Shown: piece after piece, positions 32,295 through 41,216 of the stretch
How positions within the stretch are numbered: the stretch's first letter is position 1
Layout: the number at the start of each line of letters is the position of its first letter
Assembly: GCA_018377375.1 (NCBI GenBank)
Contig: JAGZZN010000001.1
Location: 3,676 to 67,675, forward strand
Reading direction: 5' to 3'
Length of the DNA: 64,000 nucleotides
DNA from: Streptococcus parasanguinis
GTDB taxonomy: Bacteria > Bacillota > Bacilli > Lactobacillales > Streptococcaceae
Notes under the pieces: generated by a model
Seen by the model: the letters and a program-made list of their open reading frames with translations, nothing else
What the model was told of the DNA's origin: nothing
Databases searched by the model: none
Program-made: the position numbers and the translations under genes

Positions 32295-33299
32295 TTATTT
32301 TTTCGTCGTTCCACGTTGGTTGATCGTATGAGACAACAGTACTTCGCGTTCTTCCAACTCTTCTTTGTGCATGATCTTAGTCAACATGCGCATACTGATC
32401 GCACCAAGGTCATACAAGGGTTGTCCAATTGTTGATAGATTTGGACGCGTATATCGGGTTACTTGTGAATCATCACTGGTAATAATTTCGAAATCTTCTG
32501 GTACTTTGATACCGTGATCAGACAAACCATTCAAGAGACCTGCAGCCAATTCATCACCTGTCACAAAAGCAGCTGTTGCTTTTGACGCAATGATTCGTTC
32601 TGCCAAGTTGTAACCTTCATCGTAACGGTACTTGGATTCAAACACAAGCCCTTCGCTATAGCTCAATTTTTTTGCTTTCAAAGCTTCCTTATAGCCTGAC
32701 AAACGAATTTTTCCATTGATATCATCCACCAATGGGCCACTTACAAAAGCAATTTTCTTGTTGTGTTTTGCCAACTGTGTAACAGCATCAACAGTTGCTT
32801 GCTTGTAGTCGATATTGACACTTGGCAATTGGTGTTCAACATCCACGGTCCCAGCAAGGACAACTGGCGTCCGAGAGCGTGAAAATTCTGAGCGAATTTT
32901 TTCAGTCAAGTGATAACCCATGAAAATGATCCCATCCACTTGTTTTGAAAAGAGGTTGTTTACCACTGAAACTTCTTTGTCATCGTCTTCATCACTATTT
33001 GCAAGAACAATGTTGTACTTGTACATTTCTGCAATATCATCAATCCCTTTAGCCAATGTAGAGAAATAGCTATTCGTGATGTTTGGAATCACAACACCGA
33101 CTGTTGTTGTTTTCTTGCTAGCAAGACCACGCGCAACAGCATTTGGACGATAATCCAAGCGTTCGATCACTTCTAAAACTTTTTTACGTGTATTTTCTTT
33201 AACGTTTTTATTCCCATTTACTACACGACTAACGGTTGCCATTGAAACCCCTGCTTCACGGGCGACATCATAAATTGTTACTGTATCGTCTGTATTCAT
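32295..33299 (-). CDS. ccpA: Catabolite control protein A
   Basis: TIYDVAREAGVSMATVSRV; divergent from pepQ. Confidence 0.98.
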   Translation of the reverse strand: MNTDDTVTIYDVAREAGVSMATVSRVVNGNKNVKENTRKKVLEVIERLDYRPNAVARGLASKKTTTVGVVIPNITNSYFSTLAKGIDDIAEMYKYNIVLANSDEDDDKEVSVVNNLFSKQVDGIIFMGYHLTEKIRSEFSRSRTPVVLAGTVDVEHQLPSVNIDYKQATVDAVTQLAKHNKKIAFVSGPLVDDINGKIRLSGYKEALKAKKLSYSEGLVFESKYRYDEGYNLAERIIASKATAAFVTGDELAAGLLNGLSDHGIKVPEDFEIITSDDSQVTRYTRPNLSTIGQPLYDLGAISMRMLTKIMHKEELEEREVLLSHTINQRGTTKK

Positions 33300-33364
33300 A
33301 AGATTTCCTTTCATTGTTGAAAATTTCGTTTTCACTCTCTAATTAATCCTATTTTATCACTTAT

Positions 33365-33378
33365 TGTAAACACTTTCA
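33365..33378. promoter_or_regulatory. Putative cre site in the ccpA/pepQ intergenic region
   Basis: tgtaaacactttca resembles TGWAARCGYTWNCA. Confidence 0.6.
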
Positions 33379-33459
33379 AGCATTTTGGTAAAATTTTGTA
33401 AACTCTTGCTTTTTTGGGGAAAATTTGACAAAATAGATCCATAGAAAGAAGGTAGCATT

Positions 33460-34542
33460 ATGTCTAAATTAGATCAAATCGTCGATTTTCTTGAAACTGA
33501 AAAAACAGATGTCGCTGTTGTATCCGATCCTGTCACCATCAATTACCTGACTGGATTTTACAGTGATCCCCACGAACGTCAACTCTTCTTGTTCGTTTAC
33601 ACAGACCACGAACCACTTCTCTTCGTTCCTGCACTTGAAGTGGAACGGGCGACTGCAGTTGTTGATTTCCAAGTGGTTGGCTATGTGGATTCTGAAAACC
33701 CATGGGAAAAGATTAAAGGGGCTATCGCAAAACCCGATGCCAAAACCGTTGCACTTGAATATGATAACTTGATCCTTACCAAATACAATGGCTTACGTAC
33801 TGTCTTTGAAAAAGCGGAATTTACTAACTTAACACCACGAATTAACCGGATGCGCTTGATCAAATCTGCTGATGAGATCCAAAAAATGTTGGTGGCTGGT
33901 CAATATGCAGATAAGGCTGTCAATATGGGATTCGACGCCATCTCACTGGATAAAACAGAAACTGATATCGTAGCAGAAATCGACTTTGGTATCAAACGCT
34001 TGGGTTATGAAATGAGCTTTGAAACCATGGTCTTGACTGGAAATAATGCAGCTAACCCACACGGAATTCCTGGAAGCAACAAAGTCGAAAACGATGCTCT
34101 CTTGCTCTTTGACCTTGGCTGTATGGTGAATGGTTATGCGTCAGATATGACTCGTACTGTTGCTGTTGGAAAACCTGATGATTTCAAAAAAGAAATCTAC
34201 CACTTGACGTTAGAAGCTCAACAAGCAGCCATTGACATGATCAAACCAGGTGTAACAGCACACGACGTCGACCGTGCTGCACGGAGCGTCATCGAAAAAG
34301 CTGGCTATGGTGAGTACTTCAACCACCGCCTCGGACACGGGATCGGAATGGACGTGCATGAATTCCCTTCTATTATGGAAGGAAATGACATGGTACTTGA
34401 AGAAGGCATGTGCTTCTCAGTCGAACCAGGAATCTATATTCCAGGTAAAGTCGGAGTCCGTATCGAAGATTGTGGTTACGTCACAAAAGACGGATTTGGA
34501 CTCTTCACAGAAACCAGCAAAGACTTACTTTACTTTGACTAA
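33460..34542 (+). CDS. pepQ: Xaa-Pro dipeptidase
   Basis: M24 motifs HRLGHGIG, VEPGIY, GVRIED. Confidence 0.95.
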   Translation: MSKLDQIVDFLETEKTDVAVVSDPVTINYLTGFYSDPHERQLFLFVYTDHEPLLFVPALEVERATAVVDFQVVGYVDSENPWEKIKGAIAKPDAKTVALEYDNLILTKYNGLRTVFEKAEFTNLTPRINRMRLIKSADEIQKMLVAGQYADKAVNMGFDAISLDKTETDIVAEIDFGIKRLGYEMSFETMVLTGNNAANPHGIPGSNKVENDALLLFDLGCMVNGYASDMTRTVAVGKPDDFKKEIYHLTLEAQQAAIDMIKPGVTAHDVDRAARSVIEKAGYGEYFNHRLGHGIGMDVHEFPSIMEGNDMVLEEGMCFSVEPGIYIPGKVGVRIEDCGYVTKDGFGLFTETSKDLLYFD

Positions 34543-34594
34543 TCCTTTAGTCGTTTCAATATATAACAAACATCTTGTTTCGTTAATAACTATA

Positions 34595-34777
34595 AAAAAT
34601 GAGGCTGGGACAAAAGTCCTAGCCTCTTAATTATCTTTGGATTGTCGAGCAAGGCGCAGTAGTTGAGTGGGCCCTACTACGCTGATTTCATCAGCTTTTA
34701 CAGCCCTACTCAACTGTGCGGAGGTGGGACGACGAAATCGAATTCTAACGAATGACCTATTTCTGTCCCACTCTCTA
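34595..34777. repeat. Streptococcal terminator-like intergenic repeat (SPRITE-like; family name uncertain)
   Basis: gaggctgggacaaaagtcctagcctc hairpin, gcagtagttgagt/actcaactgtgc stem, gtgggacgacgaaatcg...atttctgtcccac stem; between convergent genes. Confidence 0.65.
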
Positions 34778-34782
34778 TTTTT

Positions 34783-35232
34783 TTAAGATACTGATACCTG
34801 GTCTATTTTTTTCTGGGTCGTGATGACAACTTCTTTAAGGCTGGTCCGAGCCATTTCTTTTTCCATGGCGATTTGAATAGCTGCGAGCTTGCCGTCTAAG
34901 ATGTCGTGGATGTTGTGACCAATCGGACAGTCTGGATTGGGATGGTCATGAAAGCCGAATAACTGACCTGTCGTTCCTAAACATTCTACAGCCCGATAGA
35001 TATCCAATAAGCTAATCTCGTCGACTGTTTTTGATAGAGTTGCTCCACCTGTCCCACGCGCTACATGAATCAAGCCTGCCTTCTTTAGCTGAGACAAGGT
35101 TTTCCGAATAATTACAGGGTTCACCCCAACGCTTTCTGCTAAAAAATCGCTGGTTACTTTGGTTTTATCCCCTCGAAGGGCAATCATGATCATGACATGG
35201 GTCCCGATGGTAAACCGACTCGAAATTTGCAT
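34783..35232 (-). CDS. Rrf2 family transcriptional regulator
   Basis: SSRFTIGTH, SVGVNPVIIRK, ISLLDIYRAVE, PNPDCPIG. Confidence 0.92.
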   Translation of the reverse strand: MQISSRFTIGTHVMIMIALRGDKTKVTSDFLAESVGVNPVIIRKTLSQLKKAGLIHVARGTGGATLSKTVDEISLLDIYRAVECLGTTGQLFGFHDHPNPDCPIGHNIHDILDGKLAAIQIAMEKEMARTSLKEVVITTQKKIDQVSVS

Positions 35233-35314
35233 CCTTCATTCCTCTCAATCTAGTCAGCAAAGCATTTTCTTTCTCTTCATTATACTCTTTTTAGATGTAA
35301 TGTCAATAGTTACA

Positions 35315-36157
35315 CTATGAAAAGAAGGTCTGTAACCAAGCATCGATTTCGAGATCATGACCTTCTCTGTGTTCAATCTCATGAAGAAGCTCATGGTTGT
35401 GCGTATGGTGAATGCCATTGACCAAACTCTCATAATAAACTTGGTAGTATGGCAGATGCAAGTCTTTGGCGAGTTGGAGTTCCCTAGCGACGTCATAATC
35501 CACCCGTCTAAAATCAACATCCTTAAGCCCTACTTCATCCAATTCAAGAATAGCGTACATGGCCCGAAGATCCTTGCGCAAGTTCTTTTCTAAGAAGAAA
35601 GGTTGGCCAATCGAGCCAGGATTGAGGATGAGTTCTCCACCTGAACCATAGCGGAAAAACTGCTGGTGAATGTGGCCATAGACTGCGATATCACAGGCAG
35701 GATTGGTCACCAAACGGTCGAAATCTTTTTGCTCTCCAATATGGATCAGTTCACGCCCCCAATTCTTATCCGGCAAGTGGTGGGTAATCCCGATTTTCAA
35801 GCCACTCATTTCTCGGTGGACCTGCATAGGCATCTCCTGCATGGCTTCGATTTCTTGGGGGGTGATTTCTTCGAGAATATATTGGCACTGGCGCATGAGG
35901 TAGCGATGGCTCGATCTCTTAGGGTCTAGCATTCCCTTCATGGCTCGCCACATACTATCTTCCCAGTTACCGAGGACTTTAACCGTAATCGGTAGTTCCT
36001 CCAACAAGTCCAAGAGCGCACGTCTACCTGTACCAGGCATTAAGGTATCTCCTAAAAGCCAGTATTCGTCCACCTTGGCTCTTTGGCTATCCGCAAGGAC
36101 CGCCTCCAAAGCGCTCATATTTCCATGGATATCCGAAAGTAAAGCAATTTTCGTCAT
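35315..36157 (-). CDS. Calcineurin-like metallophosphoesterase
   Basis: SDIHGN, LGD, GNWE, GHIH, NPGSIG. Confidence 0.9.
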   Translation of the reverse strand: MTKIALLSDIHGNMSALEAVLADSQRAKVDEYWLLGDTLMPGTGRRALLDLLEELPITVKVLGNWEDSMWRAMKGMLDPKRSSHRYLMRQCQYILEEITPQEIEAMQEMPMQVHREMSGLKIGITHHLPDKNWGRELIHIGEQKDFDRLVTNPACDIAVYGHIHQQFFRYGSGGELILNPGSIGQPFFLEKNLRKDLRAMYAILELDEVGLKDVDFRRVDYDVARELQLAKDLHLPYYQVYYESLVNGIHHTHNHELLHEIEHREGHDLEIDAWLQTFFS

Positions 36158-36368
36158 GATCTACTCCTTTCTTCCATTATAACAGAGCCTCAAAAATCTT
36201 TCAGCCTGAAGCAACGATTTATAGGAAGTTCTTTTCTTTCTATTTCTTTGAGTTTCAAAGGATTTTTCACTAAAAAGGGCAAGAAAACCTCTAATTCTAA
36301 TGGACAATTATAAATTTTATGCTATAATTAAAGTGAAATTGAATTATTTCTTAGAAAGAAGGCTCATT

Positions 36369-37715
36369 ATGAGTTTACAACATATTGAAAGGAAATCTCT
36401 TCAAGAAATCAATCAGTCCATCAAGGTGCCAAAAGGAATCTCTTTTTGGAAAAACCTTCTTCTCTTTTCAGGACCAGGTGGTCTGGTGGCCGTTGGCTAT
36501 ATGGACCCTGGTAACTGGATTACCAGTGTGGTCGGCGGTGCCCAATATCGCTACCTTCTCTTATCGATCGTTCTCCTCTCTTCTTTGATTGCCATGCAAT
36601 TGCAACAAATGGCTGGAAAATTAGGGATTGTTCATCGTAAGGATCTAGCTCAAACAACCGCTCATCACCTCTCTAAATGGCTTCGCTATACCTTATGGGT
36701 CGTTATTGAATTAGCCCTTATGGCTACAGACTTAGCCGAAGTTATCGGATCTGGGATCGCTCTCCACCTCCTTTTTGGATGGCCCTTGCTCTTTTCCATT
36801 CTGATCACCATTTTTGACGTCTTCCTCTTATTGGGATTGATGCACCTTGGTTTTCGGAAAATTGAAGCCATCGTTTTGACTCTGATCTTAACGATTCTAG
36901 TCATCTTTGCCTATCTGGTCTTTCTATCGAAACCAGATATCGGTGGGATCTTTTCCGGCTATCTACCTCAAAAAGAAGTACTAGGGATCGGGCTTCCAAA
37001 AGGAAATGAAGCCTTGACCTTGGCTCTTGGGATTATCGGAGCTACTGTCATGCCCCACAATCTCTACCTTCACTCATCCATCTCTCAAACCCGTCGAGTG
37101 GACTACAAGGACCAAGCTGATATCAAGCGTGCCGTACGCTTTATGACCTGGGACTCCAATATTGAGTTGGGCTTGGCCTTTGTCGTCAATTCTCTACTCC
37201 TCATCCTTGGGGCTGCTCTCTTCTTTGGACATGGTGATAAGATCGATGCCTTCTCCAGCATGTACAATGCTCTCAAGGACAACCAAATCGCAGGGGCAAT
37301 TGCCAGTCCATTCTTGTCGACCCTCTTTGCCATAGCCTTGTTGGCTAGTGGTCAAAACTCGACCATTACGGGAACGTTGACCGGTCAAATCGTTATGGAA
37401 GGCTTCTTGAAATTCCGTCTACCGCAGTGGATGAGACGGCTTATAACCCGGATTTTCGCTCTTATTCCTGTGATTACTGTAGCTATTTTATTTGGAGATC
37501 AAGAGCATGTCTTGGATGACCTCTTGGTCTATTCCCAAGTCTTCCTATCGCTTGCCCTACCGTTCTCCATCTTTCCTCTGGTATACTTTACCTCTAATAA
37601 AGAAATCATGGGAGAACATGTCAACGCCAAATGGAATACCTTATTAGGCTATCTGGTCGCCATCGTCTTAACGGTCTTAAATTTCAATTTGATCTACACC
37701 ACCTTTATCAAATAA
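36369..37715 (+). CDS. mntH: Nramp family Mn2+/divalent metal transporter
   Basis: GYMDPGNW and VMPHNLYLHS motifs. Confidence 0.95.
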   Translation: MSLQHIERKSLQEINQSIKVPKGISFWKNLLLFSGPGGLVAVGYMDPGNWITSVVGGAQYRYLLLSIVLLSSLIAMQLQQMAGKLGIVHRKDLAQTTAHHLSKWLRYTLWVVIELALMATDLAEVIGSGIALHLLFGWPLLFSILITIFDVFLLLGLMHLGFRKIEAIVLTLILTILVIFAYLVFLSKPDIGGIFSGYLPQKEVLGIGLPKGNEALTLALGIIGATVMPHNLYLHSSISQTRRVDYKDQADIKRAVRFMTWDSNIELGLAFVVNSLLLILGAALFFGHGDKIDAFSSMYNALKDNQIAGAIASPFLSTLFAIALLASGQNSTITGTLTGQIVMEGFLKFRLPQWMRRLITRIFALIPVITVAILFGDQEHVLDDLLVYSQVFLSLALPFSIFPLVYFTSNKEIMGEHVNAKWNTLLGYLVAIVLTVLNFNLIYTTFIK

Positions 37716-38473
37716 AATCATGACCACCCGTCAAACGGGTGGTTTGTAGCAGGGCTATAAGCCCAGATAACTAGCCAGCGCCTAAAGACGCTGGCTTTCA
37801 CTTTGTTCAAGCCTTATTGCATTTGACTCGTCACAAGCCTCTCAAAGAGGCATATGTACTACTTGCCACTATCCCTAAAGGGATCTTCATATTCTTTTAC
37901 ACTCAACTTATCTAAAGCAATATCTTTTCGCTCTTGTTCCTGAATGTATTTCTTTATTGTGGCTTCATTGAGGCCAACTGTACTTACATAATATCCCTCT
38001 GCCCAAAAATGTCGATTCCCAAACTTATATTTCAGATTGGCGTGTTTATCGAACATCATTAGAACACTTTTACCTTTTAAATATCCCATGAAACTTGCAA
38101 CACTAATTCTAGGTGGAATGCTTACCAACATATGAACATGATCTGGCATTAAATGACCTTCGATAATCTCAACACCTTTATAACTACATAATCTATGGAA
38201 TATTTCTCCCAAACTACTTCGATATTGATTATAGAGCACTTTTCGTCTATACTTAGGGGTGAACACAATGTGATATTTACACATCCATTTTGTGTGTGAT
38301 AAACTATGTGCTTTTTGAGCCATATTTTTCTCCTTTCGCTTTACAATTGGCTTGAACACCTTAATTGTATCGCGTTTGTAGCTTTTTTGGTATAACCTTC
38401 GATGCGCACCCGCATAGCGGGTGGTTTTTTTGTCTCGCACCTAACGGAGCGAGACGGACTGAAAGTCACATAA
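37716..38473 (-). mobile_element. IS200/IS605-family insertion sequence (tnpA only)
   Basis: Subterminal hairpins accacccgtcaaacgggtggt (~37723) and cacccgcatagcgggtg (~38407) around tnpA; ends approximate. Confidence 0.85.
37859..38323 (-). CDS. tnpA: IS200/IS605 Y1 (HUH) transposase
   Basis: YHIVFTPKYRR, DHVHML HUH motif, FWAEGYY, KYIQEQ. Confidence 0.95.
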   Translation of the reverse strand: MAQKAHSLSHTKWMCKYHIVFTPKYRRKVLYNQYRSSLGEIFHRLCSYKGVEIIEGHLMPDHVHMLVSIPPRISVASFMGYLKGKSVLMMFDKHANLKYKFGNRHFWAEGYYVSTVGLNEATIKKYIQEQERKDIALDKLSVKEYEDPFRDSGK

Positions 38474-38797
38474 TAAAGAAACCAGCACTTTTATTCGTGC
38501 TGGTTTCTTTTTGTTTGACACTTTTCCTAAAAATTTCCTGACCATTTTTTTAGGAGGGAATTATTTTAAATCACTAATTATTGTGAGATTTTCACAAAAT
38601 CTTGTCAGAGCCCGTCATTCATAAATTTGTAAAATTTTTGCACACTTTCCGTTATCTGTACAAAAATGAGAATTATTGTCTAATTTATATTTTTGGAGTA
38701 TAATGCTATTTGTTAGTGTCGTGAAATTATTTAACCTATAAATTATTTCAATATCAAATAAATAGAAACAGATTTATACAACTATAGAAAGGAACAT

Positions 38798-39340
38798 ATG
38801 GTACGCCAAAGACAAACAACAACCAAGTCAGACTTACGGAATGCACTCTCGAAACTGCTCTTACAACAACCTTTTGACAGCATCACTATTCGACAATTAA
38901 CCGAAACCGCTGGAATTAACCGCGGGACCTTCTATCTGCATTATGTTGATAAATACGACATGTTTGAGCAAATGAAAATGGACATGATGCAAGAATTGGA
39001 TAGCCTCTTCGTTGAAGGAAGTCCTGTCAAGGTAAACTTTCTCAATGTGTTGACCGCTATTAAAGAGAATTATGATTTTATATATGCATTGTCACAATCC
39101 TGTTGCTCGGACTTTAGTAAATTGGTAAGAAGTTTTACCCTTCATGCATTGGACGATACTCCCCACGCTAAAGAACACATCATTTCAGACTTTCAAGTTC
39201 CATACAAGTATGGTCTAGAAATTTTCATCGCTACGATCGAATCTGTAATTGTTACCTGGTTAGAATCGGGTGCGAAAGAGGACCCCATTGAAATTGGAAC
39301 GATCATTCTCAGTGTCTGCGACTTTGCTAGCTGGAACTAA
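38798..39340 (+). CDS. TetR/AcrR family regulator
   Basis: ITIRQLTETAGINRGTFYLHYVDKYD. Confidence 0.92.
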   Translation: MVRQRQTTTKSDLRNALSKLLLQQPFDSITIRQLTETAGINRGTFYLHYVDKYDMFEQMKMDMMQELDSLFVEGSPVKVNFLNVLTAIKENYDFIYALSQSCCSDFSKLVRSFTLHALDDTPHAKEHIISDFQVPYKYGLEIFIATIESVIVTWLESGAKEDPIEIGTIILSVCDFASWN

Positions 39341-39566
39341 ATCCCCCAACCTTTTCCTACCCTTCTGGAGAAGGTTTTTCTTTTGGCAAATGAAAAAAGA
39401 TCTGATCACCTTGTTCAACTTGTTTGTAAGAAAGCAAAAAGGCAGGATCCTAACATCCTGTTTTTAAAATGTAGACAGACTACTTTAAAGTAAAATAAGT
39501 TAAGCGATTTTGCAAAAAAAAAATAAAAATGAGTTCCAATTTTTAAATCGATTCAAGAAAATACCG

Positions 39567-39726
39567 AAACTTTCCGCTGTGAGAAAAGTGCCTGAAACAA
39601 TAACGTTTCAGGCACTCGGGAGTTTTGAGACCCTAGGCTCAAAACTAAGTCTTGGAACTTCGAAGAAGTTCGCTGACGTCCGTACTCACCTAAGGAAAGT
39701 TTTTTATATGACTTTGTCTTCAATCT
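39567..39726. repeat. Structured intergenic repeat, copy A
   Basis: Terminal pairing ctttcc..gtgag/ctcac..ggaaag enclosing three hairpins; homologous to 54620-54777. Confidence 0.85.
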
Positions 39727-39757
39727 GAAGGCAGGATCTTAACATCCTGCTTTTTCT

Positions 39758-40618
39758 TTATTTTTTCTTTGCCAACATGGTTGCAAATCGAAGTTGAATC
39801 CTATGGCCATTCTCATCTCGACGATGGAGATGGCCTGGATTTTCATTGTACTTGACCAATTCCCAATCCTTGTAATACTCTGCCAATTCTCCTTCTTTAA
39901 AGGTGAACGAGAAGGGCATATGGCAAGGATAATCTTCCGTATCCATGGCACAGACAATGAGATTGTAGCCCCCTGGATTGGTATGCTCTTGCATATTGCG
40001 GATAATCGCTGGAATCCGATCAGCCTCTAAAAACATGAAGACAACAGTTGATACGATGAAGTCATAGTTTTGAGTAAGAGCTGCAGCATTAATATCATAG
40101 AGTCCCACTGGCATCTCTAGATCTTCCTCAGCGACAATACTTTGTAAGATCTCAAGTGCCAGCTCATTTTGATCCACTGCTGTCACGTCAAAGCCATGTT
40201 GGGCCAAAAAGAGGGCGTTGCGTCCTTGCCCGCATCCTAGATCCAATGCCTTTCCAGCTGGGACAATTCCCACTGCTTCTAGCACTTCTGAATGGACAGG
40301 ATTGGTGTTGTATTTTTTGGGGAAATAGTCTTTTGGCTCACAGTAAAATTCTAGGTACCACTCCACATCGTCCGTCGCTGCTTCCACACGGTGCCAGGCC
40401 TGGGGCTCAGCCATGGGGTTTTCTGCTCCTGCTTCAAAGAGGTGGCTCGCGATTTCTTCCCCCTCTTCGGTCAATTCAATAAATCGTAACTGACCTTTTA
40501 AAACTGTAATCTTCCCCCAGGTTCCTACCTTGGTATTGTGCTTTCTTTGAAGAGCTTCTGGCATGGTATCCTTGGTCCAGATAGGCATGCGCTTGTATGC
40601 GATCAAATTTTGTGTCAT
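39758..40618 (-). CDS. tehB: SAM-dependent methyltransferase TehB
   Basis: N-terminal DUF1971 (HNTKVGTW) plus LDLGCGQGRN. Confidence 0.93.
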   Translation of the reverse strand: MTQNLIAYKRMPIWTKDTMPEALQRKHNTKVGTWGKITVLKGQLRFIELTEEGEEIASHLFEAGAENPMAEPQAWHRVEAATDDVEWYLEFYCEPKDYFPKKYNTNPVHSEVLEAVGIVPAGKALDLGCGQGRNALFLAQHGFDVTAVDQNELALEILQSIVAEEDLEMPVGLYDINAAALTQNYDFIVSTVVFMFLEADRIPAIIRNMQEHTNPGGYNLIVCAMDTEDYPCHMPFSFTFKEGELAEYYKDWELVKYNENPGHLHRRDENGHRIQLRFATMLAKKK

Positions 40619-40748
40619 GCTGCTTCTCCTTTTTCTTTCACTACCCTTATCATACAGAAAAAAGCCCCTTTTTACAAGTTGGAAAAAGGAGAGCCCATCT
40701 CTAAGAAAAAAGACAGATCTGAAACGAGTTTCAAAACTGCCTTATTCT

Positions 40749-41216
40749 TTAACGTGTATTGTATTGTTTCATGACCCGCGCGATGTCGCGGTTTTGTTCC
40801 CGACGCTTGATGGATTCACGCTTGTCATAATCATGTTTCCCTTTAGCGAGCCCCAAAAGCAATTTGGCAAAGCCATCCTTGAGATAGACCTTCAAAGGCA
40901 CCAAGGTCATTCCGGTCCCTTTGGTGTCTTGGTCCAGCTTTTGGATTTGCTTTTTATGAAGCAGGAGCTTGCGACGACGGTCTGGATCTTGGTTCCAGAT
41001 ATTCCCTTCTTCGTAAGGAGCAATGTGGACATTGCTAAGCCAAACTTCTCCATTTTTTACTTGTGCAAAGCCATCTTTCAAGTTAATGCGTGCTGCACGG
41101 ACACTTTTGATCTCTGTCCCCGTCAGCACCATTCCTGCTTCAATCGTATCCACGATGGTGTAGTCATGTCTCGCCTTTTTATTTTGAGCGACTACCTTTC
41201 CTTCGCCCTTTGCCAT
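40749..41216 (-). CDS. smpB: SsrA-binding protein
   Basis: [25 protein letters not shown]. Confidence 0.98.
   Translation of the reverse strand: MAKGEGKVVAQNKKARHDYTIVDTIEAGMVLTGTEIKSVRAARINLKDGFAQVKNGEVWLSNVHIAPYEEGNIWNQDPDRRRKLLLHKKQIQKLDQDTKGTGMTLVPLKVYLKDGFAKLLLGLAKGKHDYDKRESIKRREQNRDIARVMKQYNTR

Noticed and set aside
36326..36346. Possible Mn-responsive repressor operator upstream of mntH
   Set aside because: AT-rich imperfect palindrome; biologically plausible but too weak to call by eye.
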